The notes beneath the pieces were generated by a model that was not told the DNA's origin, did no database searches, and was given only the letters and a program-made list of their open reading frames with translations. Positions 1 through 9,114 of a stretch of DNA of 64,000 bases are shown in pieces (the stretch's first letter is position 1; each line of letters opens with the position of its first letter). The DNA comes from Chloroflexota bacterium (GTDB lineage: Bacteria; Chloroflexota; UBA6077; FW602-bin22; JACPRP01). The stretch spans positions 27,302-91,301 of the forward strand of contig JACPRP010000014.1 of assembly GCA_016189905.1 (NCBI GenBank), given 5' to 3'. Made by a program: the position numbers and the translations under genes.

Positions 1-1505
1 AGATTGTGCAAATCGAGCCACGCCTCTCGCTCACCGCTTCCCGCGCGGACGAGTGGATTCCCATTAACCCGGGAACTGAGGGCCTTCTGGCTCTGGGTAT
101 CGCCAACGTCATTGTCGCCGAGGACCTGGCCTCTGGTGCTCCACCTCAGGCTCTTCAGTCCTGGCGCAGCGGTCTCGCCGAGTTCACTTTGGAGCGGGTC
201 TCCCTTGGAACCGGTGTACCGGAGGCACGGATCCAGGGCTTGGCCCGTGAGTTTGCGTCTACGCAGCCGGGCGTAGCTTTCGGCGGCGCATCGGTTGCCG
301 GCCATACGAATGGTGTGGTCAGCCTGGTGGCGATCAACTCGTTGAACGTTCTCACGGGTTCGGTGGGTGTCGCGGGCGGCGTGCGCTTCGTTCAGAATCC
401 GGGCGTTCCAGATTCGCAGCCTCGTATCCCTACCGCCTACTCTGGCCTGCGCGCGGCCGTGGATAGATTGAACTCCGGCAATGTCGACACGGTGATCGTC
501 TTCGGCACGAACCCGGTCTTTACCAGCACGCCATCGTCAGGGCTGCGGGAGGCGTTCCTGAAAGCGAATTTCGTCGTCGCCTTTTCGAGTTTCCTCGACG
601 AGACATCAGTCCTCGCGGACCTCATTCTTCCTGATAGCACCTTCCTCGAGAGGTGGGGTGACGACGTGCCTGAATACGGCGGGGGATACTCCATTTACGG
701 CACCGCCCAGCCGGTTGTAAGCACGGCGTACGACACGCGGTCCTCACTCGATGTGCTTCTCGCCCTGGCTCAATCGGTGGACGATACAACGCGTCTGGGC
801 CTACCCTGGAATAACACGCTTGAGGTTCTGAAGGAATTCGCTGGATCGCTTCAGAAGCTCGACCGAGGCTCTATCCGAAACGAGAGCGTGGAACAATTCT
901 GGCCGGAGCTCCTGCGACAGGGGGGATGGTGGCTGCGTGACGATATCGCTGCCTCGACAGTCATCCAGCCTGTAGCTCTGCCCCCGCTCGTTTTTGATGA
1001 GCCGCGGTTCGATGGCCAGATGGAAGTCTATCCGTTTCAGTTACACATCTATGAGTCGATCTCGCTGTCCGATGGCCGTGGCGCCAATCTGCCCTGGCTC
1101 CAGGAGATGCCTGATCCCTTGTCCACCGCGGTCTGGAGCTCTTGGGTGGAGATAAATCCTGCCACTGCCCGGAAACTGGGCATTCAGGACGGGGACGCGG
1201 TCTGGGTGGAATCGCAGTCAGGCAAGATACTCACGGCCGCGGTTACGTTCCCCGGGGCGATGCCCGATGTGGTCAGTATCCCGGTTGGCCAGGGCCACAG
1301 TAGCTATGGGCGGTATGCGCAGGATCGAGGGGTGAATCCACTGGACCTGCTGGCACCGCTGGTTGACGATCAATCCGGCGCCCTGGCCTACGAAGCGACG
1401 CGGGTTAGTGTCACCAAAGCGGTGGGTGTGCCGAAGCTCGTGCCGAGGCTAGTGAGGGTCGAAATGGTCCAGTCTGAGACTCCTGGCACGACCTTCTTTG
1501 AGTAG
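1..1505 (+). CDS. Molybdopterin-oxidoreductase-family subunit, C-terminal part (5' end lies outside the window); ActB1/PsrA-like
   Basis: ORF is open to the window edge. It has a C-terminal molybdopterin-binding-type beta-barrel region (…VWVESQSGKILTAAVTFPGAMPDVVSIPVGQGH…). Context: directly followed by FeS, NrfD, ActD-like and cytochrome c genes. Confidence 0.75.
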   Translation, partial: IVQIEPRLSLTASRADEWIPINPGTEGLLALGIANVIVAEDLASGAPPQALQSWRSGLAEFTLERVSLGTGVPEARIQGLAREFASTQPGVAFGGASVAGHTNGVVSLVAINSLNVLTGSVGVAGGVRFVQNPGVPDSQPRIPTAYSGLRAAVDRLNSGNVDTVIVFGTNPVFTSTPSSGLREAFLKANFVVAFSSFLDETSVLADLILPDSTFLERWGDDVPEYGGGYSIYGTAQPVVSTAYDTRSSLDVLLALAQSVDDTTRLGLPWNNTLEVLKEFAGSLQKLDRGSIRNESVEQFWPELLRQGGWWLRDDIAASTVIQPVALPPLVFDEPRFDGQMEVYPFQLHIYESISLSDGRGANLPWLQEMPDPLSTAVWSSWVEINPATARKLGIQDGDAVWVESQSGKILTAAVTFPGAMPDVVSIPVGQGHSSYGRYAQDRGVNPLDLLAPLVDDQSGALAYEATRVSVTKAVGVPKLVPRLVRVEMVQSETPGTTFFE

Positions 1506-1534
1506 GCGCTTGACGATGCGATGGGAGCCCTGAG

Positions 1535-2221
1535 ATGTATAAATGGGCAATGGTTGTCGATCTCGATCGCTGCACAGGCTGTGCAGCCTGCGTGGTGGCC
1601 TGCCGGGCAGAGAACAATGTGCCCATCGCGGGCGAGGAGGAGGCCGGCAAGGGACGCGCCTCCTTCTGGATGAGGATCGAACGGTATTGGGAAGGCGAGT
1701 ATCCGAACGTGCGGGCACGGTATATGCCGGTTTTCTGCCAGCAGTGCGCCAACGCTCCTTGCGAGCCGGTGTGCCCCGTTTACGCAACCTATCATAGTGC
1801 GGAGGGTCTCAACGTGCAGGTCTACAATCGTTGCGTCGGCACTCGTTATTGCGCGAATAACTGCCCCTATGCTGTACGCTACTTCAACTGGTTCGACCCA
1901 CGTTGGCCGGATCCGCTGCCTGAACAGCTCAATCCCGATGTGACCGTTCGGTTCCGCGTCATGGAGAAATGCACGTTCTGTATTCAGCGGATCAGGCGTG
2001 GAAAAGAGCTCGCCAAAATGGCGGGTAGACGCGTCATCGACGGCGAGATACAGCCAGCCTGCGTGCAGACCTGCGCCCCTGGCGCGCTGGTGTTCGGCGA
2101 TTTGAACGATCCTGCCTCCAGAGTGGCGCGCCTGGCGATGAGCCCCAGGCGTTTCCGCTTGCATGAAGATCTAGGCACCGAGCCGGCCGTGTTCTATCTC
2201 AAGGAGCAATCTTATGGCTAG
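1535..2221 (+). CDS. 4Fe-4S ferredoxin-type subunit (ActB2/PsrB/HybA-like)
   Basis: Several Cys clusters: CTGCAACVVAC, CQQCANAPCEPVCP, CVGTRYCANNCP. Its 3' end overlaps the next gene, which suggests translational coupling. Confidence 0.85.
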   Translation: MYKWAMVVDLDRCTGCAACVVACRAENNVPIAGEEEAGKGRASFWMRIERYWEGEYPNVRARYMPVFCQQCANAPCEPVCPVYATYHSAEGLNVQVYNRCVGTRYCANNCPYAVRYFNWFDPRWPDPLPEQLNPDVTVRFRVMEKCTFCIQRIRRGKELAKMAGRRVIDGEIQPACVQTCAPGALVFGDLNDPASRVARLAMSPRRFRLHEDLGTEPAVFYLKEQSYG

Positions 2222-3602
2222 CGATAGCCCCTTCGGTTCAGCAGCGCGTGTAAACGACGATATTCTGAGGCCGGTGCTGCAAACCACCTGGAGGTTCTAC
2301 GCGGTGGTGGCGCTGCTGGGAAGCGTCGTCCTTTGGGGGGCGTTCGCTGTGTGGTATCTGCTTAGCACGGGTATCGGCGTTTTCGGCCTGAATCGTCCCG
2401 TCTACTGGGCCTTGATGATCATCAACTTTGTGTTCTTCGTGGGCCTCAGTCACTCTGGCACGCTCATATCGGCGATTCTGCGGGTTACTCACGCCGAATG
2501 GCGGCGGCCGATAACACGCGGTGCCGAGGCGATGACCGTGTTCACCATTATGGTCGCGGCCGCTTTTCCCCTCATTCATCTAGGACGGCCCTGGGTTTTC
2601 TATTACTTGATCCCTTACCCCGATCTGCGGGGGCTCTGGCCCAATTTTCGCTCCCCATTGATTTGGGATTTCATTGCGATCTCTACTTATCTGACCGGCA
2701 GCATCATTTATCTGTATCTTCCGATGATCCCCGACCTGGCCGTGATACGGGATCGATCCCACGGCTGGAGGCGCTATCTCTACATAGCCCTTTCCCTTGG
2801 GTGGACGGGATCCGAGCGCGAGTGGAGCAGGCTCTCTCGCGTTCTCGGCATCATGGCGGTAGTCATCATCCCGGTGGCGGTTTCTGTCCATAGCATTGTT
2901 TCCTGGGACTTTGCAATGACCATCGTTCCGGTCTGGCACAGTACTATCTTCGCGCCATATTTTGTCGTCGGTGCGATCTATTCGGGCATCGCACTGGTCA
3001 TCACCATCATGGTTTTGATCCGCTGGGTGTTCAACCTCCAGTCTTATCTGCAGCCGAGACAGTTCGACAATCTCGGCAAGCTGCTCTTCGTGATGTCGGT
3101 TATCTGGTTCTATTTTTGGTTTGCCGATGCCTTGACCACGTGGTACGGGCGCGAACCGTCGGAGTTCGCGGTGCTGCGCTACACGATCCTGGGCCCCTTC
3201 GCTCCTCTGTTTTGGACGATGATCGTCTGTAACCTCGTGATTCCTTTTTGGACGATGATGTTCAAGCAGTTGCGAAGGAATGTGCTGGTGATGCTTGTCG
3301 TGTCGCTGCTGGTGAATGTGGGCATGTATAGCGAGCGCATTCTCATCATCGTGCCCGCTCTATCTCGGGGGCGGCTTCCTTCCGCCTGGGGAAGCTATCA
3401 GCCAACGTGGGTCGAGATTTCGATAACGGCCGCTGCCTTCGCCGGCTTTAGCCTTCTGTACGTCCTTTTCACGAAGTTCTTTCCGGTCGTGTCTATGTGG
3501 GAGGTGAAAGAGGGGATGGGTGAGCGCGCGGAGGCCGGGGTCAAAGAGCCGGGGACGCCTCCTAGGAAGACCGTGGAAGGCGCCGAGGGAGCCTATGGAT
3601 AA
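2214..3602 (+). CDS. NrfD/PsrC-family polytopic membrane subunit (ActC-like quinol-interacting subunit)
   Basis: 462 aa with many hydrophobic helices. It sits where NrfD sits after the FeS subunit in Psr/ACIII-type operons. Confidence 0.8.
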   Translation: MASDSPFGSAARVNDDILRPVLQTTWRFYAVVALLGSVVLWGAFAVWYLLSTGIGVFGLNRPVYWALMIINFVFFVGLSHSGTLISAILRVTHAEWRRPITRGAEAMTVFTIMVAAAFPLIHLGRPWVFYYLIPYPDLRGLWPNFRSPLIWDFIAISTYLTGSIIYLYLPMIPDLAVIRDRSHGWRRYLYIALSLGWTGSEREWSRLSRVLGIMAVVIIPVAVSVHSIVSWDFAMTIVPVWHSTIFAPYFVVGAIYSGIALVITIMVLIRWVFNLQSYLQPRQFDNLGKLLFVMSVIWFYFWFADALTTWYGREPSEFAVLRYTILGPFAPLFWTMIVCNLVIPFWTMMFKQLRRNVLVMLVVSLLVNVGMYSERILIIVPALSRGRLPSAWGSYQPTWVEISITAAAFAGFSLLYVLFTKFFPVVSMWEVKEGMGERAEAGVKEPGTPPRKTVEGAEGAYG

Positions 3603-4152
3603 GCCTGTAGATAAGCACGAGGCCCGTCAAGACACCTCGCGCACGGTTCTCATCGGACTGTACGACGATGTGCACGCAGCCGGGCGGGCCGTTGATGGCC
3701 TTGAGAAACATGGAATCGCCCGAGATAAGATCTCCGTGAACTCGTCCGTTCCGCTTCCGGTAGGCACGTTCCGTGCCTATACCAGACCGAGCCGATTGCC
3801 CTACTTCTCGGCGCTTGGCGCCTTCGCCGGGCTGATCGCGGGCTTCAGTTTGGCGGCTGGCACGGCAATGCTCTACCCGATTGCGACCGGCGGCAAGCCT
3901 ATCGTCTCTCTGCCAACGGTTGGCGTCATCACCTACGAGTTCACGATGCTCGGGATCATCCTTTTCACCCTCGTGGGCGTGTTATACGAAATGGGACTGC
4001 CAAGAGTGAAGAAACCACCATATGATCCTCGCGTCAGCGACGGATGCGTCGGCGTGTTGGTGACATGCGAGACGGAGCAGATATCTTTCGAAATCGAGGG
4101 AATCCTTCGGGAATATGGCGCTGCTACGATCACCAGATTTGCTGGAGGATAG
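3595..4152 (+). CDS. ActD-like (DUF3341-type) membrane protein
   Basis: The in-frame ATG at 3595 overlaps the upstream stop (ATGGATAA). Soluble N-terminal region followed by two hydrophobic helices. Position after the NrfD subunit matches ACIII. The track ORF start at 3520 was rejected because it overlaps the upstream gene. Confidence 0.55.
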   Translation: MDKPVDKHEARQDTSRTVLIGLYDDVHAAGRAVDGLEKHGIARDKISVNSSVPLPVGTFRAYTRPSRLPYFSALGAFAGLIAGFSLAAGTAMLYPIATGGKPIVSLPTVGVITYEFTMLGIILFTLVGVLYEMGLPRVKKPPYDPRVSDGCVGVLVTCETEQISFEIEGILREYGAATITRFAGG

Positions 4153-4156
4153 AAGC

Positions 4157-4648
4157 GTGATCCTCTTAAAGAAAATGTTCCGCGCTCATTTTGTCACGTT
4201 AGCCCTCGCTCTCTCGTTGCTCGTCGTCTTGCTTTCCTGCTCGAATATGCGCGCTCAGCCTTCGTTTCGTCCACAACAGGGGCCCAGGCCCTCTACGTCG
4301 GAAGGCATAGTGGCCACAAATGATCCCACCGGCCCGGTCCGCCCGGTAACGGTTCAGCAAGCGGCAATCGGGGCGGCCTCCGGCGATGCCACCATGGCGG
4401 GCGAGGACGTGTACAAGACATACTGCGCGATGTGCCACGGCGTTGATGGCCGAGGCACCGGCCCTGTTGGACAAGCCTTCAATCCGCCGCCGGCGGATCT
4501 GACGGCCGCCGTTTTGGATCAACGTTCGGATGTCCTCCTTTTCACCTTCGTTTCCTCCGGATTCGGCCGAATGCCTCCGTTCCAAAGCGACCTGACGGAG
4601 GAGCAACGATGGGCCGTGATCGGTTACATCAGAACCCTCAGAAAGTAG
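4157..4648 (+). CDS. Monoheme c-type cytochrome with signal/lipoprotein-like N-terminus (ActE-like)
   Basis: CAMCH haem-binding motif with a distal Met region (GFGRMPPF). GTG at 4157 lies 7 nt after GGAGGA. N-terminal hydrophobic segment …LLVVLLSCS. Confidence 0.75.
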   Translation: MILLKKMFRAHFVTLALALSLLVVLLSCSNMRAQPSFRPQQGPRPSTSEGIVATNDPTGPVRPVTVQQAAIGAASGDATMAGEDVYKTYCAMCHGVDGRGTGPVGQAFNPPPADLTAAVLDQRSDVLLFTFVSSGFGRMPPFQSDLTEEQRWAVIGYIRTLRK

Positions 4649-4708
4649 ATCCGGACTGCGCTGTTTCTCGTGGCACAAAAGGCCTCTTCGTGGTCATGAT
4701 CGGGTTTA

Positions 4709-4744
4709 GACCGACGCATCCTTCCGCCGAAGGATGCGTCGGTC
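4709..4744. repeat. REP-like perfect hairpin GACCGA-cgca-TCCTTC-CGCC-GAAGGA-tgcg-TCGGTC
   Basis: A perfect 16-bp stem with a 4-nt loop just after the cytochrome c stop. It has the same outer (GACCGA/TCGGTC) and inner (TCCTTCCGCCGAAGGA) parts as the hairpin at 40338-40385. No U-tract follows. Confidence 0.6.
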
Positions 4745-4916
4745 TCGGCCACACCCTTTGCGAAAAGACCGATAGGAAGGAGTACAAGCCTGTCCAGCTT
4801 GTGCCCGGTAGTATATTCTCTGCATTTTTCGTGTCTTTCGTGTGTTTCGTGGTTGCTCCCCATCATACCCATGCGAAATCCCCATACACCCGTGCGAACC
4901 CCCTCGAGAAAGAGTA

Positions 4917-5369
4917 TTACCACCACGATCGTGGCCCCTTCTGAAGCCAATCCATACTTTGTTCCGATTTGTCAGACTTGGCCAGAACCTTGAAATCGAA
5001 GCCTCGCAGGGCGCGATAGGTGAGCGAATAGACCTGCAGCCGGGCGCCATAGGCGTACGCATCGGCAAGCAGATGGGTCAGGAAGGCCAGGGTTATCACC
5101 AAAGCCTGGGACTGCGCGTGGAACATAAACGCCAGAATCCAACCCGGTAGTAGCCATTCGAACGAATGAAGGACAATGAACAGTTTGTCTGACTTCTTCC
5201 ACAGGCGGAATCTGAAGTATTCAACAAAGTGGTCGACGTCTATCAAGAAGCCCGCGATCATAGTTAAGACCAGACTCAGAAAAGACGAGGTTATCCACCA
5301 AAGCACCAGGCCTAATCCCAATGAAATCGCGGCGTGACGGCTCGGCATCATCTCATCCACCTCCCGCAC
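4917..5369 (-). CDS. Small integral membrane protein, possibly a DUF457/YdjM-like metal-dependent hydrolase
   Basis: 150 aa with 4 predicted hydrophobic helices. His/Asp-rich motifs FLIDVDHF and THLLADAY. Confidence 0.4.
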   Translation of the reverse strand: MREVDEMMPSRHAAISLGLGLVLWWITSSFLSLVLTMIAGFLIDVDHFVEYFRFRLWKKSDKLFIVLHSFEWLLPGWILAFMFHAQSQALVITLAFLTHLLADAYAYGARLQVYSLTYRALRGFDFKVLAKSDKSEQSMDWLQKGPRSWW

Positions 5370-5614
5370 TACCCAAGCAGGCAGTACTAATTAACCTTCA
5401 GCCAGGACGCATTCCTGCAATTTGTCGGCCAAAGTCGTTGATTTAGTGGAGCCGGATTGATATAATTCGTCGAAGCATCTAGAGCGACGGGGTGTTCGTC
5501 GGTAAGAAGGTAGATCCCCTGTTCCCCTGGTGGTAATTCCCTTATTCCCTGGGTTAGTGCGGCCTCCAGAGCAGCCCACTGTGACCGTCCCTGGAGCCCG
5601 GAACTGGGAGGACA

Positions 5615-7183
5615 TTGGCGTTGGCAGGAGAGAAGACCCACGAGAGTGAATTGGCGCGGTTGCGGAGTCTCGAGGAAAGAGCGTTTTTGGGCGGAGGTCC
5701 CCAGGCAATTGCAAGGCTCCGCAAACGCAACAAGCTGACGGCACGCGAGCGCATCGCGGCTTTGCTCGATGCTGACAGCTTCATCGAGCTTTATATGCTG
5801 GCAGAGTGCCAGAGCCAGGACTTCGGACTGCGCGAGCGCAAAGTGCCCGGCGATGCCGTGGCGGTTGGTCACGGTACTATAGGCGGCCGGCTCGTGTTCG
5901 TGTATGCGCAGGATGTAACGGTGCTTGGCGGCTCTGTGGGGTGGACCCACGGCGAGAAAATCTGCCGCTTGATGGACGAGGCTCTGAAGGTCAAGGCGCC
6001 GATCATCGGACTTTTCGATTCCGGCGGAGCGCGTATCAATGAGGGCTCCGCCGGCTCGGTGGCGGTGGCAGAGATCTTCTTCCGTAATACGTTTGCTTCA
6101 GGCGTCGTGCCGCAGATCTCGGCGATGTTGGGCACCTGCGCCGGCGTCGCGGTGTACTCCCCGGCCATTAGCGACTTCGTCTTTATGACGGAAGAGGGGA
6201 GCGAAATGATGATCACCGGCCCGGGCGTCATCAGGCAGGTGACCGGAGAGGACATAACCCCCCAGGAGCTAGGTGGCGCCAGGGTGCACAGCCAGATTAC
6301 CGGCACGGCGCATTTTATAGCCAGCGATGATCTGGAGTGTATGCGTCAGATTCGCAGGCTGATGAGTTTTCTTCCATCCAATAATATGGAGCAGCCGCCG
6401 ATCGTCGACACAGGGGACGACCCACGCCGATTGAATGAGGACATCACCGACGTCGTGCCTTCCAACTTGAAACGGGTATTCGATATGCACGAGATAATCG
6501 ATCGGTTGGTGGACAAAGGGGATTTCATGGAAGTCCTGCCCAAGTATGCGCGAAACATTATCGTGGGCTTTGGTCGACTGGGCGGCCAGACGGTGGGAAT
6601 CGTGGCAAACCAGCCGTTGGTGATGGCCGGGGTGTTGGATGTGAACTCGGCGGACAAAGCCGCTCGATTCATTCGGTTTTGCGACGCGTTCAATATACCG
6701 CTGTTGAGCCTGGTGGATGTGCCTGGGTTTCTACCTGGAGCGAGGCAAGAGCACTTGGGCATCATCCGCCACGGGGCGAAGATGTTGTATGCCTTTGCCG
6801 AAGCGACCGTGCCAAAGGTGACGCTGGTGCTGCGGAAAATGTACGGCGGCGCGTTCATGGCGATGTGCTCGATGGGGATGGGTGTTGACCAGGTGCTGGC
6901 GTGGCCGATAGCCCAGTTGGTCGTGATGAACACCGAGAGCGCCGTACACATAATATATCGCAGGCAGATCAAGGAGGCGGATGACCCAGAGAGGTTTCTG
7001 GCCGAGAAGATAGCCGAATACGATTACAAATATTCGAACCCGTTCGATCCAGCGGCGAAAATGGCGGTGCACGCGGTGATCGATCCAAAGGAGACGCGCT
7101 TGAGGCTAATCGCGGCGCTACGGACGCTGCGGAACAAAAAGGTACCCCGCCCTGAACGGAAGCACGGCAACATACCGCTTTGA
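5615..7183 (+). CDS. Acyl-CoA carboxylase carboxyltransferase (beta) subunit, propionyl-CoA carboxylase beta / methylmalonyl-CoA carboxyltransferase family
   Basis: 522 aa. Typical family blocks: LTARERIAALLD, GHGTIGGR.V…AQD.TV.GGS, GPGVI, PLLSLVDVPGFLPG, RKMYGGA. TTG start after GGGAGG. Confidence 0.9.
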   Translation: MALAGEKTHESELARLRSLEERAFLGGGPQAIARLRKRNKLTARERIAALLDADSFIELYMLAECQSQDFGLRERKVPGDAVAVGHGTIGGRLVFVYAQDVTVLGGSVGWTHGEKICRLMDEALKVKAPIIGLFDSGGARINEGSAGSVAVAEIFFRNTFASGVVPQISAMLGTCAGVAVYSPAISDFVFMTEEGSEMMITGPGVIRQVTGEDITPQELGGARVHSQITGTAHFIASDDLECMRQIRRLMSFLPSNNMEQPPIVDTGDDPRRLNEDITDVVPSNLKRVFDMHEIIDRLVDKGDFMEVLPKYARNIIVGFGRLGGQTVGIVANQPLVMAGVLDVNSADKAARFIRFCDAFNIPLLSLVDVPGFLPGARQEHLGIIRHGAKMLYAFAEATVPKVTLVLRKMYGGAFMAMCSMGMGVDQVLAWPIAQLVVMNTESAVHIIYRRQIKEADDPERFLAEKIAEYDYKYSNPFDPAAKMAVHAVIDPKETRLRLIAALRTLRNKKVPRPERKHGNIPL

Positions 7184-7226
7184 GAGCCGATCTAGCGCCG
7201 TACCATTTCCTGATACCCTGCCTATT

Positions 7227-9095
7227 ATGAACACCTACCAGCACGCACTGACGGTGGCCATCGATGCCGCGATCGCAGCCGGCGACCTCCTGCGGCAGGA
7301 ATTCCACCGTCCCGGCGGCCCGCGAGGCAAACGAGGTCACGCCGATGTGGATATCGAGGCCGAGCGCATCATCCGGGCCAAGGTCCTTGCCCAATTCGGC
7401 GACTTCGGCTACCTCGGTGAGGAGACCGGCGCCGTTGATCCCGTCACTCCCTCCGCGACCCGTCACGTCTGGCTCGTCGATCCAAACGATGGGACGGACG
7501 CGTTTGTGCGCGGCGCTCGTGGCCACGCGGTGTCTATTGCCCTGCTGCGTGATGGCGTCCCCGTGCTTGGCGTCGTCTACGCGCCGACCGCCCCCGACGA
7601 CGGGGGCGATCTCTTTGCCTGGGCCGAAGGCTGTGGTCCGTTGAAACGTAATGGAAGCCCGATCGAGCGTGAGCCCTGGCTGTCCCAGCTAGGCCCCTAT
7701 GATATCTCCTTGCTGGCCAGAGGAGCCGATCTCGCCTCGTCGCGCGTCGCCCGCAATGTGGCTCCCGGTCGCTATAGGGCGCTGCCGAGTATCGCTTATC
7801 GCCTGGCCTTGGCCGCCGCGGGTGATGCCTCGGCAGCGGCATCTTTAGCGCACCCGGTGGGATGGGACTACGCGGCAGGCCATGCGCTCATTCGGGCCGT
7901 CGGAGGCGTTTTCGTCGACGAGCGTGGCCTGCCCATCGCCTACTCGCGCGACGGACATAGCGCGGTCGTGCGCTGCTTCGGGGGCGCGCCATCTATCGTC
8001 GAGAACCTCGTACCCCGGCCCTGGGACACAGTCTTCGACAAGAAGGATGCGCAGCCTGAAGCCCCCTTTGCCTTAGCACGCCTGGAACCCGGTAAGAACA
8101 TTGCCAACGCAGGGCTTCTGCGGCGGGCGCAGGGGTGCCTTTTGGGACAGATCGCCGGCGATAACCTGGGTGGGTTGGTGGAATTCCAATGGGCAGCGGC
8201 CATCCGTCGCGATGATCTATCCGTCCTGCGCGATGGCGGTGTCTGGCGCAATCTCGCCGGCCAGCCGACGGACGATTCTGAAATGGCGCTCTGTCTCGCC
8301 CGCGCCATCGCGCACGTGAAGCGCTACGATCCCGAGGCAGCCGCCCACCTCTACTACGCCTGGTACCGTTCGCATCCGTTCGACATCGGCAACACCACGG
8401 CCACCGCGCTCGAAGGGATCCGCGAGGCGGATGTTCGCGCCGGAGAAGCAGCCCTGGCCGCGTCTCGTGCGGCTAATGCGTCCAGCCAGGCCAACGGCTC
8501 GCTGATGCGCATTTCCCCACTGGGCATCGCGGCGCACAGCCTCGCTCCCGATCAGGCCGCGGAGATGGCGCGGCGCGACAGCGCCCTCACCCATCCGCAC
8601 GTGGTCTGCCAGGAGTCCTGCGCCGTCTACGCGGTAGCTATCGCCAATGCCGTCGCCTCTGGAGGCTCCTCATCGGACGTCTATCGTGAGACCCTCGCCT
8701 GGGCCCAAAAGAGTTGCCGTGCGCCAGAGGTTATTACGTCGCTCGAGATGGCCGCGACCGAGCCGCCCGTGGACTACCTGCGCCAACAGGGCTGGGTCCT
8801 CGTCGCCCTTCAGAATGCCTTCTACCAGCTCCTTTACGCCCCGACCCTGAAGGAAGGCGTCGTCGACTCTGTGTGCCAGGGTGGCGACACCGATACCAAC
8901 GCCGCCATTGCGGGCGCGCTCCTCGGCGCGGTGCACGGCCGCGAAGCCGTACCGCCTCAATGGCGCCAGATGGTCCTTACCTGCCGTCCCATCGAAGGCC
9001 TTGCCACCGTCCTCCATCCCCGCCCTCGCTTCCTCTGGCCCGTCGACGCTCTCGAGTTGGCCGAGAAATTGCTGCTCGTCTTCGCAGACCGATGA
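7227..9095 (+). CDS. Fusion protein: N-terminal inositol-monophosphatase/CysQ-family phosphatase domain plus C-terminal ADP-ribosylglycohydrolase (ARH/DraG-family) domain
   Basis: N-terminal half: GEETG, WLVDPNDGTDAF, GWDYAAGHALI (IMPase metal and substrate motifs). C-terminal half: GDNLGGLVEF, DDSEMALCLARAI, GGDTDTNAAIAGALLGAVHG (ARH binuclear-metal motifs). One uninterrupted 622-aa ORF. Confidence 0.8.
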   Translation: MNTYQHALTVAIDAAIAAGDLLRQEFHRPGGPRGKRGHADVDIEAERIIRAKVLAQFGDFGYLGEETGAVDPVTPSATRHVWLVDPNDGTDAFVRGARGHAVSIALLRDGVPVLGVVYAPTAPDDGGDLFAWAEGCGPLKRNGSPIEREPWLSQLGPYDISLLARGADLASSRVARNVAPGRYRALPSIAYRLALAAAGDASAAASLAHPVGWDYAAGHALIRAVGGVFVDERGLPIAYSRDGHSAVVRCFGGAPSIVENLVPRPWDTVFDKKDAQPEAPFALARLEPGKNIANAGLLRRAQGCLLGQIAGDNLGGLVEFQWAAAIRRDDLSVLRDGGVWRNLAGQPTDDSEMALCLARAIAHVKRYDPEAAAHLYYAWYRSHPFDIGNTTATALEGIREADVRAGEAALAASRAANASSQANGSLMRISPLGIAAHSLAPDQAAEMARRDSALTHPHVVCQESCAVYAVAIANAVASGGSSSDVYRETLAWAQKSCRAPEVITSLEMAATEPPVDYLRQQGWVLVALQNAFYQLLYAPTLKEGVVDSVCQGGDTDTNAAIAGALLGAVHGREAVPPQWRQMVLTCRPIEGLATVLHPRPRFLWPVDALELAEKLLLVFADR

Positions 9096-9114
9096 ACCAA
9101 AGGGAGGAGAGAGT

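Noticed and set aside
1388-2164. 258-aa minus-strand ORF antisense to the FeS subunit gene. Similar long antisense ORFs occur at 5387-5950, 6346-6972, 6969-7526, 8977-9951, 9660-10244, 10345-11013, 11753-12598, 21905-22639, 22404-23228, 24003-24812, 33070-33834, 36324-37205, 46245-46994, 47241-48467, 52729-53397, 58631-59515, 61558-62139 and 62829-63446.
   Set aside because: These are typical GC-rich shadow ORFs. They overlap strongly supported genes on the other strand, have Arg/Pro/Gly-rich low-complexity translations, and lack recognisable motifs or SD sequences.
4790-4900. Short direct repeats TTCGTGT x3 and CC(A/C)TGCGAA(A/T)CCCC x2 between convergent genes.
   Set aside because: They are very short with few copies and no association with a gene start. 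They could be chance or a degenerate remnant, so they are not reported as a feature.
8881-9114. N-terminal extension of the 9115-10974 gene (track ORF starts at 8881).
   Set aside because: It would overlap the ARH domain of the upstream gene by more than 200 nt in another frame. A strong SD plus ATG at 9115 gives a sensible 19-nt intergenic gap.
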